Part shown: positions 19,951 through 30,185 of the stretch, in pieces | Position numbering within the stretch: position 1 is the stretch's first letter | Layout: every line of letters starts with the position of its first letter | Assembly (NCBI GenBank): GCA_041497895.1 | Contig: JBGQHJ010000015.1 | Span: 1-54,052, forward strand | Direction: 5' to 3' | Source: Candidatus Methylomirabilia bacterium | Lineage (GTDB): Bacteria > Methylomirabilota > Methylomirabilia > Rokubacteriales > CSP1-6 | DNA: 54,052 nucleotides | Notes under the pieces: generated by a model | Database searches by the model: none | Told to the model about the DNA's origin: nothing | Seen by the model: the letters and a program-made list of their open reading frames with translations, nothing else | Made by a program: the position numbers and the translations under genes

Positions 19951-20790
19951 GTGAGCGATACCAGTCAAGATCACATCAGCCGGCGGCTCGATCGGTTGGA
20001 GCGCGAGAACCGGCGTCTGAAGCTCCTGGGGACGCTGGCGCTCGTCGGCCTCGCCGCCCTCACCGTGATGGGCCAGACCGCTCCCGCGCCGGTGGCCAAC
20101 GCCGTGGAGGCGGAGCGCTTCGTGCTGCGCGACGCCGCCGGCAACGTGCGCGCCTCGCTCGGGCTCCGCCCCGACGGCACCGCGGCCCTCGCCCTCGCGG
20201 ACGATACCCAGCAGGAGCGCGTGCTCCTGAGCGTCACCGCGCAGGGCCTGGCGGGCGTCGAGCTGTCCGAGCGCAGCGGCCGGCTCCGCGCCGGCCTCAC
20301 CGTGCGCGCCGACGGCGCCGCGTCGCTCTCCCTCCTCGACCAGGCCGATCGGCCCCGCGTCGAGCTGCGGACGTACGGTGACGGCCGTCCGAGCCTGGCC
20401 CTGCTCGACCAGGGGGGCCGGCCGCGCTCCGTGCTGGCGCTCACCGGCGAGGGCGCGACCGGGCTCACGCTCTACGACCGCAACGGCCGGCGGCGCGGCG
20501 TGGTCGGGCTCGAGCCGGCGGGCGCGCCGGCGGTGTGGCTCTACGATCCCGAGGGCAATGGACGCGCCCAGCTCGCGGTGACCGGCGAGGGACAGCCCAC
20601 GCTGAGTCTCTCCGACGTGAGCGGCAAGGGGCGCATCTGGCTGCGCGTGAGCTCCGACTTCCAGCTCCCGTTCCTGAGCCTGCACGACCGCGACGGCAAG
20701 CAGCGCGTGGCGGTACTGCTCCGCCAGGGCGGCGTTCCCATGCTGGCCCTGGGGGACTCCACCGAGCGGGTGATCTGGAAGGCCCCCTAG
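19951..20790 (+). CDS. Hypothetical membrane-anchored protein with about 23-aa beta-hairpin repeats
   Basis: GTG after AGGAGG; N-terminal coiled coil and TM, then repeated LxLxDxxGxxRxxLxVxxxG units. Confidence 0.8.
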   Translation: MSDTSQDHISRRLDRLERENRRLKLLGTLALVGLAALTVMGQTAPAPVANAVEAERFVLRDAAGNVRASLGLRPDGTAALALADDTQQERVLLSVTAQGLAGVELSERSGRLRAGLTVRADGAASLSLLDQADRPRVELRTYGDGRPSLALLDQGGRPRSVLALTGEGATGLTLYDRNGRRRGVVGLEPAGAPAVWLYDPEGNGRAQLAVTGEGQPTLSLSDVSGKGRIWLRVSSDFQLPFLSLHDRDGKQRVAVLLRQGGVPMLALGDSTERVIWKAP

Positions 20791-20796
20791 AGGCGC

Positions 20797-21438
20797 ATGC
20801 CCGGCACCAACCTGCTGGTGCTGTTCGGCTTGCTCTTCTACCTGGGCGCCAGCTTCCTGCTCTGGCACCTGCTGCTCAAGGAAGCGCCGCCCGCCGGGGC
20901 GCGCGGCCGCCGGCCCCGCCGATGGCCGATCCGCCTCGCGAAGGCCCTCGCCACCCTGATCGGCGGGACCGCCTCCGGCGCCGCGTCCCTGCTCGTGGTC
21001 GCGACCATCGTGAACGCGGGCAAGCCCGGGACGATGACCCCGCGGGCCATGCTCGCGGTGTGGGCGGTCTCCTCGGTGGTCGCGATGCTCTTCATCGGCC
21101 GCGCGCCGCTGATCCGCCGCGTGGTGACCCGCACCTGCCTCGCGCTCGGCGTGCAGGGGGTGGTGCTGCCGCTGGCCACGCTGGTCTCCTTCGTCGTCGC
21201 GGGCACGCGCCTCGCCGGCTCGGCGGGGACGGGCGGCGAGCGCACCGTGATGGTCATGGGCCTGCGGCTGGCCGGCCATCTTCCCGCGGTCTGGATCGGC
21301 CTCGGAGGCTTCTGCGTCGGCCTCGCGCTCGTCATCGTGGGCGACCGCGCGCGGCGGCGCATCGTGCGACGGCGCGGGGCCCGGCCCTCCCGCACGTCAC
21401 GCTCGGGAGTCCTCTCCGCCCGCGGGCGCCACCGCTAG
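20797..21438 (+). CDS. Hypothetical integral membrane protein
   Basis: About 5 hydrophobic segments; starts 6 bp after the previous stop. Confidence 0.7.
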   Translation: MPGTNLLVLFGLLFYLGASFLLWHLLLKEAPPAGARGRRPRRWPIRLAKALATLIGGTASGAASLLVVATIVNAGKPGTMTPRAMLAVWAVSSVVAMLFIGRAPLIRRVVTRTCLALGVQGVVLPLATLVSFVVAGTRLAGSAGTGGERTVMVMGLRLAGHLPAVWIGLGGFCVGLALVIVGDRARRRIVRRRGARPSRTSRSGVLSARGRHR

Positions 21439-22742
21439 CCGACCGGCTCGCGCTCCATCCGGCGGAGGCGGTCGCGCGCCTCCGTGAGCACGAGGGAGAC
21501 GTGCAGCCGGCAGTGATAGACGTCGCGCTGATGCTGCAGCGGCAGCCGACGCGCGAGGCCCTCGATCCGCGCGCGCAGGGCCTCGAGCTCCGCGATACGC
21601 TCGCGGAGCGCCTCGGGCCGCCCGGCGGAGGCGACGGCCGCCTCCACGTCCCGCAGCAGGGCGTAGTGGCGCTCGAGGATGCGGTTGCCGCGCCAGCGGA
21701 TGAGCCACGGCAGGATCTTGAAGAGGGGCAGCCACACCGCCAGGAGCGGCAGCAGGAGCAAGCGGCCCTGCACCACCCACCGGAGCGCCCAGTACGGCAG
21801 CACGCGCGACATGAAGGATTCCCCCCGGGCGAGGTAGGACTCGGCCGCGTCGTGCAGCGGCACGTCCACCCCGTCGCGCGTGGGGAAAGCGCGCGGCGGA
21901 TCGAGGAGGCTTCCCGCCCCGTGCACGTCGCGGGCGACGGTGAGCAGTTGCTCCACCACCCGGGGATGCAGCGTCTCGCGGCAGACCAGGAGCGCGGCGG
22001 GCGCCATCAGCGTGATCCCCTCGCGCGGGAGATCCGCCTTGAGGTCGAGCAGCCCCTCCGCGATGCGGACCGGGGAGAGGTAGCGGAAGTTGCGGGTGAA
22101 GGCCACCTCGCGCGTGAACCCGAGCAGCCGCACGTCCGGCCGGCGGAGCAGGGCGGTGACGTTGGTGTCGCGGTACGACGACACGAAGAAGGCGGCGTCG
22201 ATCCGGCCCTCCTCGAGTAACTGCCGCGCTTCCGCCGCGGGCAGGGTCAGGAGATTCGGCCCGGTCGGGGGCAGCCCGAGCGCGCCGAGCAGGGCGCGGG
22301 AGATCGCTTCGGTGCCGCTGCCCGCCGCGCCGACGGCGAGGCGGCGGCCCGCCAGCGAGGCGAGGCCGTCCGTCACCGGCTTGCCGCGATAGAAGATCCA
22401 GAGCGGCTCGCGGTACACCGCCGCCACGCCGCGCAGCCGGCCCTTCGGATCCGGCACGAGCTGATAGGTGCCGCCCTGGACGAAGGCCACGTCCACCTGC
22501 CCGCGGAGCAGGCGCTCGAGATTCTCGAGGGAGCCGGCGGTCCGCTGGAGCTCGACGCGGAGACCCTCCCGGGCGAGACGGCGCTGGTACTCGTGGCCGA
22601 AGACGTCGTACATCCCGTCGGGCTGGCCGGTGGCGAGCCAGATGCGGCGGGGCGGGAACGGATCCATGTAGCGCAGGCTCCAGCCGACGACGGCGGCGGT
22701 GAGCACCACCGCCACCACCCAGAGCGTGAGCCGGCTCCTCAC
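21435..22742 (-). CDS. TAXI-family TRAP solute receptor with C-terminal TM/helical extension
   Basis: LATGQPDGMY, TAGSLENLERL, DVAFVQGG, YREPLWIFYR and GAAGSGT. Confidence 0.85.
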   Translation of the reverse strand: MRSRLTLWVVAVVLTAAVVGWSLRYMDPFPPRRIWLATGQPDGMYDVFGHEYQRRLAREGLRVELQRTAGSLENLERLLRGQVDVAFVQGGTYQLVPDPKGRLRGVAAVYREPLWIFYRGKPVTDGLASLAGRRLAVGAAGSGTEAISRALLGALGLPPTGPNLLTLPAAEARQLLEEGRIDAAFFVSSYRDTNVTALLRRPDVRLLGFTREVAFTRNFRYLSPVRIAEGLLDLKADLPREGITLMAPAALLVCRETLHPRVVEQLLTVARDVHGAGSLLDPPRAFPTRDGVDVPLHDAAESYLARGESFMSRVLPYWALRWVVQGRLLLLPLLAVWLPLFKILPWLIRWRGNRILERHYALLRDVEAAVASAGRPEALRERIAELEALRARIEGLARRLPLQHQRDVYHCRLHVSLVLTEARDRLRRMEREPVG

Positions 22743-23905
22743 CGGCGGGCGAACTCCTCCTTCACGGTGGCGAGCCGCGCCGGATCGGCGAGCAGGTCCA
22801 CCGCGCTCAGGGCCATGAGCTTCGCCCCGGCCAGCAGTCCCGCGCGCGCGGGCGCGGCCGCCGCGGCCGCCGCGAACTCGCGCGTGTGGATGGCGGTGCC
22901 CAGCGGGGCGATCGCCACCCAGGCGTGGATGGCAGGCGTCACCTGGCTCACGTTGCCGATGTCCGAGGAGGCGAGGCGGTCCGGCGCGGCGGGGCCCTCG
23001 GCGAGACCCGCGGGGCCCAGATTGCCCGCGAAGACGTCGAGGAGCGCCTGGTTGCGCTTGAGCGGCTCGTAGACGTCCTCGTGCCGGGTCACGGTGAGCC
23101 GGGTGGAGGTGGCGGCGGTCGCGCCCTCGGCGGCCGCGACCACGCGCCGGTAGAGCGCCCACATCGCCTCGAGGCTCGGCCCGCGCACGTTGAAGTCGGC
23201 CACCGCGCGCTCGGGGATGACGTTGGGGGCGGCGCCGCCGTCGGCGACGACGCCGTGGATGCGACAGTCCGGGCGCATCTGCTGGCGCAGCATGGCCACC
23301 GCGTTGAAGGTCTCCACGCAGGCGTCGAGGGCGTTGGCCCCCTCCCACGGATCCACCGAGGCGTGCACCGCCTTGCCCGCCCATTCGAACGTCACCCGCA
23401 CCACGCCGAGCAGATCCTGGTGGAGCAGCGTGCGATCGAAGCCGTGGATCATCATGGCCGCGTCCACACCGGTGAAGAGGCCGGCGTCCACCAGGCGGCC
23501 CTTTCCCCCGCCCCTCTCCTCGGCGGGGGTGCCGATCACCACGATGCGTCCGGGCGGAAGCTGCTCGCGCGCGGCCATGAGGGCGGCGCCCGCGCCCGCG
23601 CCGGCCGCCGCGATGACGTTGTGCCCGCAGGCGTGCCCGACGCCCGGCAGGGCATCGTACTCGCACAGGATCGCGAGCGTCGGCCCCGGGCCGGTCTCGA
23701 GGCTCGCGCGAAACGCGGTGGGCACCCCGCCCACCCCGGTCTCGACCCGGAAGCCCCGCGCGGTGAGGAACTCGGCGAGCCAGCCGCACGCGCGCGTCTC
23801 CTCGAAGGCCAGCTCGGGATGGGCGTGGATGCGGAGCGACAGCGCGCTCAGATCGTCGCCCAGCCGGTCCACCGCCCGCGCGACGCGCTGCTTGAGGGCG
23901 TTCAT
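22739..23905 (-). CDS. M20 family amidohydrolase
   Basis: HPELAFEE, EYDALPGVGHACGHN, GTPAEERGGGK and SSDIGNVS. Confidence 0.93.
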   Translation of the reverse strand: MNALKQRVARAVDRLGDDLSALSLRIHAHPELAFEETRACGWLAEFLTARGFRVETGVGGVPTAFRASLETGPGPTLAILCEYDALPGVGHACGHNVIAAAGAGAGAALMAAREQLPPGRIVVIGTPAEERGGGKGRLVDAGLFTGVDAAMMIHGFDRTLLHQDLLGVVRVTFEWAGKAVHASVDPWEGANALDACVETFNAVAMLRQQMRPDCRIHGVVADGGAAPNVIPERAVADFNVRGPSLEAMWALYRRVVAAAEGATAATSTRLTVTRHEDVYEPLKRNQALLDVFAGNLGPAGLAEGPAAPDRLASSDIGNVSQVTPAIHAWVAIAPLGTAIHTREFAAAAAAAPARAGLLAGAKLMALSAVDLLADPARLATVKEEFARR

Positions 23906-23930
23906 CGGGTCACCACGATACCATGGCCCC

Positions 23931-24647
23931 GTGCGCACCCGGGGCGGATGGGCGGGCCGGCTGGTCGTGGTCGCGATGCTCGCGGCGGGCGTCTGGCTCG
24001 GCACCGAGATCTGGACCTGGCCGTCGGTGCAGCGCCTGGCGGTGGAGCGTCCCGCGACGACCGCCTTCATCGAGCAGTATCGCGCCCGGCAGCGCGCGGC
24101 CGGCCGGCCGGACCGGGTGGCCTCGGGGTGGACGCCCTACGGAGCCATCTCGCCCGCGCTCAAGCGGGCGGTGCTCGTCGCCGAGGACGTCAACTTCTTT
24201 TCGCACCGGGGCTTCGCGCTCGACGAGATGCAGAACGCGCTCGAGGACGCCCTCCGCGATCACGAGCTGCCGCGCGGCGCCTCCACCATCACCCAGCAGC
24301 TCGCCAAGAATCTCTGGCTCTCGAAATCGCGGAATCCGCTGCGCAAGGCCCGCGAGACGGTCCTGACGTGGCAGCTCGAGCACGCGCTCTCCAAGCGGCG
24401 CATCCTCGAGCTCTACTTGAGCGTGGTCGAGTTCGGGCCGGGCCTCTACGGCGTGGGCGCGGCGAGCCAGCGCTACTTCGGCAAGGCCCCCGCGGACCTG
24501 GACGAGCGCGAGGCCGCGCAGCTCGCCGCGGTGCTGCCCAACCCGGCGTCGTGGCACCCCGGCTCGAGCAGCGCGGCCTATCGCCGGCGTGTCGCCGCCA
24601 TCGAGCGGCGCATGGGCCGCGCCGCCTTCCTCTGGAAGCAGATCTGA
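23931..24647 (+). CDS. mtgA: Monofunctional biosynthetic peptidoglycan transglycosylase
   Basis: AEDVNFFSHRGF, RGASTITQQLAKNL, RKARE and SKRRILELYL. Confidence 0.93.
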   Translation: MRTRGGWAGRLVVVAMLAAGVWLGTEIWTWPSVQRLAVERPATTAFIEQYRARQRAAGRPDRVASGWTPYGAISPALKRAVLVAEDVNFFSHRGFALDEMQNALEDALRDHELPRGASTITQQLAKNLWLSKSRNPLRKARETVLTWQLEHALSKRRILELYLSVVEFGPGLYGVGAASQRYFGKAPADLDEREAAQLAAVLPNPASWHPGSSSAAYRRRVAAIERRMGRAAFLWKQI

Positions 24648-24665
24648 GCGCGGCCGGCCCCGCGC

Positions 24666-25304
24666 TCAGAGCAGCGCGAGCAGCTCCGGCAGCGCGGCCA
24701 GCCGATGGTCGGCCTCGCGGAAATCCTGGTGGCGGGTGTGGGCGCAGGGCGCGACCGCGCAGCGCATCCCGGCGGCCTTGGCGGCGAGCAGGCCGTTGCG
24801 CGAGTCCTCGATCACGAGGCACTCGGCGGGCGGCACGCCGAGGCGCTCGGCCGCGGCCAGGAACACGTCGGGCGCGGGCTTGCCGCGCCCCACCTGGGTG
24901 CCGGAGACGACCGCCTCGAAGAGCGGCCCGAGCGAGAGCGCGGTGAGATTGGCGTGGATCACGCGCAGCTCCGCGGAGGAGGCCAGCGCCATCCGGTAGC
25001 CGGACGCGCGAACGCGCTCCAGTACCTCCGGCACGCCCGCCATCGGGATCGGCCCGCGGGCGATCAGCTCCAGCATGCCCTCGATGTACCAGTCCGCCAG
25101 CGTCTCCTCGGACTCCGGCAGCCCGTGGCGCGCCTTGAGGATGCGGCACGACTCGCGCGTGGTGCGGCCGAGGAACTCCGCGTTCTCCGCTTCTGTGTAG
25201 GGCAACCCGTACCGGGCCATCACCCGGCGCAGGGCCTCGAAGCCGAAGGGCTCCGAGTCCACGAGCACGCCGTCCATGTCGAAGATGACCGCGCGGATCG
25301 TCAC
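24666..25304 (-). CDS. HAD family phosphatase
   Basis: IFDMDGVLVDSE, GKPAPDVF and VIEDSRNG. Confidence 0.93.
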   Translation of the reverse strand: MTIRAVIFDMDGVLVDSEPFGFEALRRVMARYGLPYTEAENAEFLGRTTRESCRILKARHGLPESEETLADWYIEGMLELIARGPIPMAGVPEVLERVRASGYRMALASSAELRVIHANLTALSLGPLFEAVVSGTQVGRGKPAPDVFLAAAERLGVPPAECLVIEDSRNGLLAAKAAGMRCAVAPCAHTRHQDFREADHRLAALPELLALL

Positions 25305-26254
25305 CGCCTGCGCCCGGCGTGCGCCGGCGCCGCGAGGCCGGCCGCCTCGAGGAGGGCGCGCACCGCGTCGCGGTCCGCGGGCGCGGCGGCCACCAGCGGC
25401 GGCGCCGGGCGCCCGTTGCCCAGGCCCAGCATCGCGCACGCCGCCTTGAGCGCGGACAGCCACGGCCCCTGCCGGTAGACCTCGGCGAGCGCGCCGATCC
25501 GCTGCTGGAGCCGCGCGCAGTCGGCGGCCGCGCCCCGGTCGGCGGCGGCCTGCAGCTCCACGAAGAGCGCGGGGGCGACGTTGGCCAGGCCGGGCACCAT
25601 GCCGTCGCCACCCTGCAGCAGGCTCGCCGCCCCGAGCGACTCGTGTCCCTGGAGCACGCGGAACCCGGCGCGCTCCTGCTTGATCGCCAGGAGCTTCTGG
25701 AAGGCTTCGAAATCGCCCGCCGAGTCCTTGATGCCGAGCACGCGCGCATCGCGCGCCAGCCTCCGCACCGTCCCGGGCGGCAGCACGTGATGGGTGCACT
25801 GGGGAATGTTGTAGAGCAGCGCGGGCAGCGACGTGGCCGCCAGCACCGCCTCGATATGGCGCTCCTGGGCGGAGGCGTCCACCCCGAAGTAGTAGGGCGA
25901 GCCGACGACGAGCGCGTCGGCGCCCTCCCCCGCCGCCTGGCGCGCCGCCTCGACGGCGGGACCGGTCGCGGGCAGCATGACGCCGGCCAGGACGGGCACG
26001 CGGCCGGTCGCCGCGCGCACCGCCGCCTGCACCACCACGCCGCGCTGGGCGGGCGTGAGCCAGGCCCCCTCGCCACAGCCGCCCAGCATGAAGAGCCCGG
26101 TGCAGCCGGCGCCGACCACGTGGTCGACGAGCGCGGCCATCGCGCCCGCGTCCGGCGCGCCCGCGTCGTCGAGGGGAGAGATCAGGGGCGGCACGATCCC
26201 GTGCAGGGCCCGCTCCCATCGCCACCCGCCCGCCGGCTTCCCGTTCTCGCTCAT
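25301..26254 (-). CDS. Dihydrodipicolinate synthase-like (DapA/NAL family) lyase
   Basis: GIVPPLISP, LGGCGEG, LYNIPQ and GIKDSAGD. Confidence 0.9.
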   Translation of the reverse strand: MSENGKPAGGWRWERALHGIVPPLISPLDDAGAPDAGAMAALVDHVVGAGCTGLFMLGGCGEGAWLTPAQRGVVVQAAVRAATGRVPVLAGVMLPATGPAVEAARQAAGEGADALVVGSPYYFGVDASAQERHIEAVLAATSLPALLYNIPQCTHHVLPPGTVRRLARDARVLGIKDSAGDFEAFQKLLAIKQERAGFRVLQGHESLGAASLLQGGDGMVPGLANVAPALFVELQAAADRGAAADCARLQQRIGALAEVYRQGPWLSALKAACAMLGLGNGRPAPPLVAAAPADRDAVRALLEAAGLAAPAHAGRRR

Positions 26255-26385
26255 GTCGGCCGCTCCCCGCGCTCGAATTCGATGCCCCGACGAGCATAGC
26301 AGACGCGCCGGAGCGGCCCGGTCACCCTGATCGGTGGCCTGCGCGGCCCCCCTGAGGTAGGCTCTAGCCCAAGGAGGATCCGCCC

Positions 26386-27036
<651 letters not shown>

Positions 27037-27037
27037 C

Positions 27038-27154
27038 GTGCCCGCTCTCGCCCGCGTCGCGCCCGCCGCGCTGGTCGGCGCCAAGTACGACGATTTCACG
27101 ATGCTGCTCTTCCTCGGCTTCTCCCTGTCCGACGTGGACAAGCGGGGCAACTGA
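27038..27154 (+). other. Short 38-codon ORF or gene remnant between msrA and the CoA-transferase
   Basis: GTG...[23 protein letters not shown], coding-like codon usage, stop overlaps next ATG. Confidence 0.35.
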
Positions 27155-28359
27155 TGGATTCCCTCCCCCTCGAAGGCCTGGTCGTCGTGGACCTCACCCG
27201 GGTCCTGGCCGGGCCCTATTGCACGCGCCTGCTCTCCGACCTGGGCGCGCGCGTGATCAAGATCGAGCGCCCGGGCGAGGGCGACGAGATGCGCCGCAAC
27301 CCGCACCAGATCGAGCCGGGCCGCGAGGACCAGTCCACCTACTTCGCGCGCGTGAATGCGGGCAAGGAGAGCGTGGCGGTGGACCTGAGCCGGCCCGAAG
27401 GCCGCGACGTGGTGCTCGGGCTGGCCGGCCACGCCGACGTCTTCATCGAGAACTTCGCGCCGGGCGTGGTGGGCCGGCTCGGCCTCGACTATTCAGCGGT
27501 CAGCGCGGTCAAGAGCGACGTTGTCTACTGCTCGATCTCCGGCTTCGGCCAGACGGGGCCCTGGCGGGAGCGTCCGGCCTTCGCCCACATCATCAACGCG
27601 GTCTCCGGCCTCATGGCCCTCGAGCAGGGCGACGAGGCCGCTCCGCGCGCCTCGAACCTCCAGGCGGCGGACGTCCTCGCCGCCGCCCACGCCATGGGCG
27701 CCATCATGGCCGCGCTCTGGCGGCGCGCGCGCACCGGCCAGGGCGCGCACGTGGACGTGTCCATGCTGGAGGCCCTGGTCGGCGCCGACAGCGTGACCTT
27801 CGCCTCCGTGCTCAACGGCGGCGAGGAGCACGGCAACCCGCGGCCGGGTATGATCGTGCACCGGATCGGCGACCGCTACCTCGCGATGCAGATCGTGGGG
27901 GCGCCGCGGCTCTGGGAGCGGCTGATCGGCCTGATGAAGCGGCCGGAGCTGGGTCGCGACCCGCGCTTCACGACCTCGCTGACGCGCCGCCGGCACTGGC
28001 GCGCGCTGCGCGCGGTCATCACAGGATGGCTCGACGGCTTCGCGAGCACGGACGAGGCGCTGACGGTGCTGACCGAGGCGCGCATCCCGTGCGCGCCGGT
28101 GCTGAGGCCCGCCGAGGTGATCGCCCACGAGCACCTGGCCGCGCGCGCCTTCTTCCCCGTGCTGCCGCATCCGGCGCGAAGCGGCCTGCGGGTGACCGCC
28201 AGCCCCTATCACCTGGACGGCAAGCCCACGCATCCGCGGGCCCCGGCCGCGTACCGGGTGGGCGAGCACACCCGCCGGGTGCTGCGCGACCTGCTCGGCT
28301 ACAAGGACGACCGCATCGCCGGGCTGATCGCGGCGGGCGTGGTCGAGGGCCCGGCGTGA
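27154..28359 (+). CDS. CoA-transferase family III (CaiB/BaiF), paralog of 11436-12659
   Basis: Same family motifs; long shared segments with the first copy. Confidence 0.95.
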   Translation: MDSLPLEGLVVVDLTRVLAGPYCTRLLSDLGARVIKIERPGEGDEMRRNPHQIEPGREDQSTYFARVNAGKESVAVDLSRPEGRDVVLGLAGHADVFIENFAPGVVGRLGLDYSAVSAVKSDVVYCSISGFGQTGPWRERPAFAHIINAVSGLMALEQGDEAAPRASNLQAADVLAAAHAMGAIMAALWRRARTGQGAHVDVSMLEALVGADSVTFASVLNGGEEHGNPRPGMIVHRIGDRYLAMQIVGAPRLWERLIGLMKRPELGRDPRFTTSLTRRRHWRALRAVITGWLDGFASTDEALTVLTEARIPCAPVLRPAEVIAHEHLAARAFFPVLPHPARSGLRVTASPYHLDGKPTHPRAPAAYRVGEHTRRVLRDLLGYKDDRIAGLIAAGVVEGPA

Positions 28360-28567
28360 GCCATCGCGAAGAGGCCCTCCAGCGCACCGAGAAGGCGATC
28401 CTGGCGGAGAAGGCGGCCACGCTCGGCCGCGCTGGCGAGCTACCGCCAGGCGCGGGCGCGAGCGCTCGAGGCGCGCCCCACGCTGATCATCCAGCGCGAG
28501 GCCATCGGGCTCCGCACCCACCGCGTCGTGGACCAGCAGTTCCCGGAGCCGCCCGCTCTCGGCTGAC
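28356..28567 (+). pseudogene. Small hypothetical gene (DUF6665-like), frameshifted or internally deleted at about 28440
   Basis: EKAILAEKAATLGRAGE in one frame, then YRQARARALEARPTLIIQREAIGLRTH...* in another. Confidence 0.55.
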
Positions 28568-28698
28568 CGAGCAGAAATTTCCGGTACTGGTGACGGGCTG
28601 ACGCGACAGGCCCCGCCGGCCCCGGCTCAAGTACCTGATTCTCCGGCCGTCCACTCTGGCCCACGTCTTGCTCCTTTCCGGCGCGGAGGGAGCCAGCC

Positions 28699-29082
28699 AT
28701 GATCCGGGCCATCGTCCTGGGTTGCACCGCGTTGATGACGTGCGGGTTCACGTGGCCGCCCGACTACGCCGAGCAATCCCGCGCCGACGTGGCCACATGC
28801 GTGGGCTATGCGCGCCGGACCTCGCCCGGCTTCGCGGCCCAGGTGCGGAGCGTGGACCTCGAGACCGGCCTCGTGGACATCCAGCGCTCCTCGGACGATG
28901 CGCGCGGCGACGTCGCGTTCTCGAAGTGTCTGCTGGCCGTGCGGCAGTGGCGGATCATCGAGCGCAACCTGCCCAAGCCTGCCGACCCCGGGCCATCTGA
29001 TTCCGCCACCATGGGCGATCCCGCCACCAAGGCTGATCCCGCCTCCATGGCGGGCCGGCCGGCTGATTCGCTCACCCGCTGA
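28699..29082 (+). CDS. Hypothetical secreted protein with Cys residues and 6-aa C-terminal repeats
   Basis: GGAGG SD, signal-like N-terminus, SDSATM/GDPATK/ADPASM tail. Confidence 0.65.
   Translation: MIRAIVLGCTALMTCGFTWPPDYAEQSRADVATCVGYARRTSPGFAAQVRSVDLETGLVDIQRSSDDARGDVAFSKCLLAVRQWRIIERNLPKPADPGPSDSATMGDPATKADPASMAGRPADSLTR
28997..29050. repeat. Imperfect tandem repeat, 3 x 18 bp, within CDS
   Basis: ctgattccgccaccatgg / gcgatcccgccaccaagg / ctgatcccgcctccatgg. Confidence 0.8.
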
Positions 29083-29106
29083 GATCGGTGGTAGGCTCCA
29101 GGCACG

Positions 29107-30024
29107 ATGAAGCTCGGCATCTGCCTGCCGCACTACGGACGACCGATCGAGCCCTCGCGGCTGATCCAGCTCGCCGCGCGCGCCGAGGAGGTCGGCCTCG
29201 ACTCGGTCTGGGTCACCGATCACGTCATCGTGCCGCGCGATGCCTCCCTCATCTACCGCGAGGACATGCTGGATCCGCTGGCGGTGCTGCCCTGGCTGGC
29301 CGGGGTCACCGAGCGCATCGCGCTCGGCACGAGCGTGATCGTGCTGCCGTACCGCTCCCCCCTGCCGGTGGCCAAGCTGCTGGCCAGCGTGGACGTGCTC
29401 TCGGGTGGCCGCCTCATCGTGGGCGTGGCGGTCGGCTGGCTCGAGGGCGAGTTCGCGGCGCTCGGCGTCCCGTTCCGCGAGCGCGGCCGCCGCACCGACG
29501 AGGCCATCGAGCTCTTCCGCGCGGTGTGGACCCAGGAGTACCCGGAGATCAAGACGGCCAATCACCACCTCACCGGCGTCAAGGCCTCCCCCCTGCCGCT
29601 GCAGAAGCCCCGCCCGCCGATCCTGGTCGGCGGCAGCTCGGATGCCGCGTTACGCCGCGCCGCCCGCCTCGGCGACGGCTGGCACGCCTCGAGCCTTGCC
29701 CCCTCCGCCTTCCGCGCGAGCGCCCTCGCCGTCTCCAACCACTGGAAGGACGCGAAGCGCGAGGGCGAGCCCGAGCTGACCCTGCGCGTGCCGTTGCTGA
29801 TCGACGGCATCCACCGGCCCGCGGTCGACCCCGCGCTGCTGGGGGCCCGCCACATCGTGCGGGGGACGCTCGCGAACGTGGCGCGTGAGCTGCGCCAGTA
29901 CCAATCGGCGGGTTGCAACCACGTTGCCCTCGAGGTCAGCTACAGCACCTACCCGGCGATCCTCGACACGATCGACGTACTCGCCGAAGAGATCCGCCCC
30001 GCCCTCGAACAACGCGAACGCTGA
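29107..30024 (+). CDS. LLM-class oxidoreductase (probable F420-dependent subfamily)
   Basis: DSVWVTDHV, ALGTSVIVLPYR, DVLSGGRL and GWLEGEFAALGVPFRERG. Confidence 0.9.
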   Translation: MKLGICLPHYGRPIEPSRLIQLAARAEEVGLDSVWVTDHVIVPRDASLIYREDMLDPLAVLPWLAGVTERIALGTSVIVLPYRSPLPVAKLLASVDVLSGGRLIVGVAVGWLEGEFAALGVPFRERGRRTDEAIELFRAVWTQEYPEIKTANHHLTGVKASPLPLQKPRPPILVGGSSDAALRRAARLGDGWHASSLAPSAFRASALAVSNHWKDAKREGEPELTLRVPLLIDGIHRPAVDPALLGARHIVRGTLANVARELRQYQSAGCNHVALEVSYSTYPAILDTIDVLAEEIRPALEQRER

Positions 30025-30185
30025 CCGCGGGCCGACCGGGCGGGTGGCAGGGGAGCCTCTGACCACGCGCTTTTCTCCGGCGTCCCGATCAGGAGTTCCC
30101 AATCCGGGCGGTTGCTGTCCTCATTTCGCTTGGCAGGAACGGGTCACCCGGCCCCCTGCCACCCGCCCGGTCGGCCCGCGGTCAG
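30021..30185. mobile_element. MITE-like element: 33-bp perfect terminal inverted repeats around a 99-bp core
   Basis: 30021-30053 CTGACCGCGGGCCGACCGGGCGGGTGGCAGGGG is the exact reverse complement of 30153-30185; mobility is inferred. Confidence 0.6.

Noticed and set aside
25301..26254. Calling this gene or 52018-52962 dapA
   Set aside because: The canonical GTTGE motif is replaced (GGCGE and GHTGE), so only a family-level call is supported
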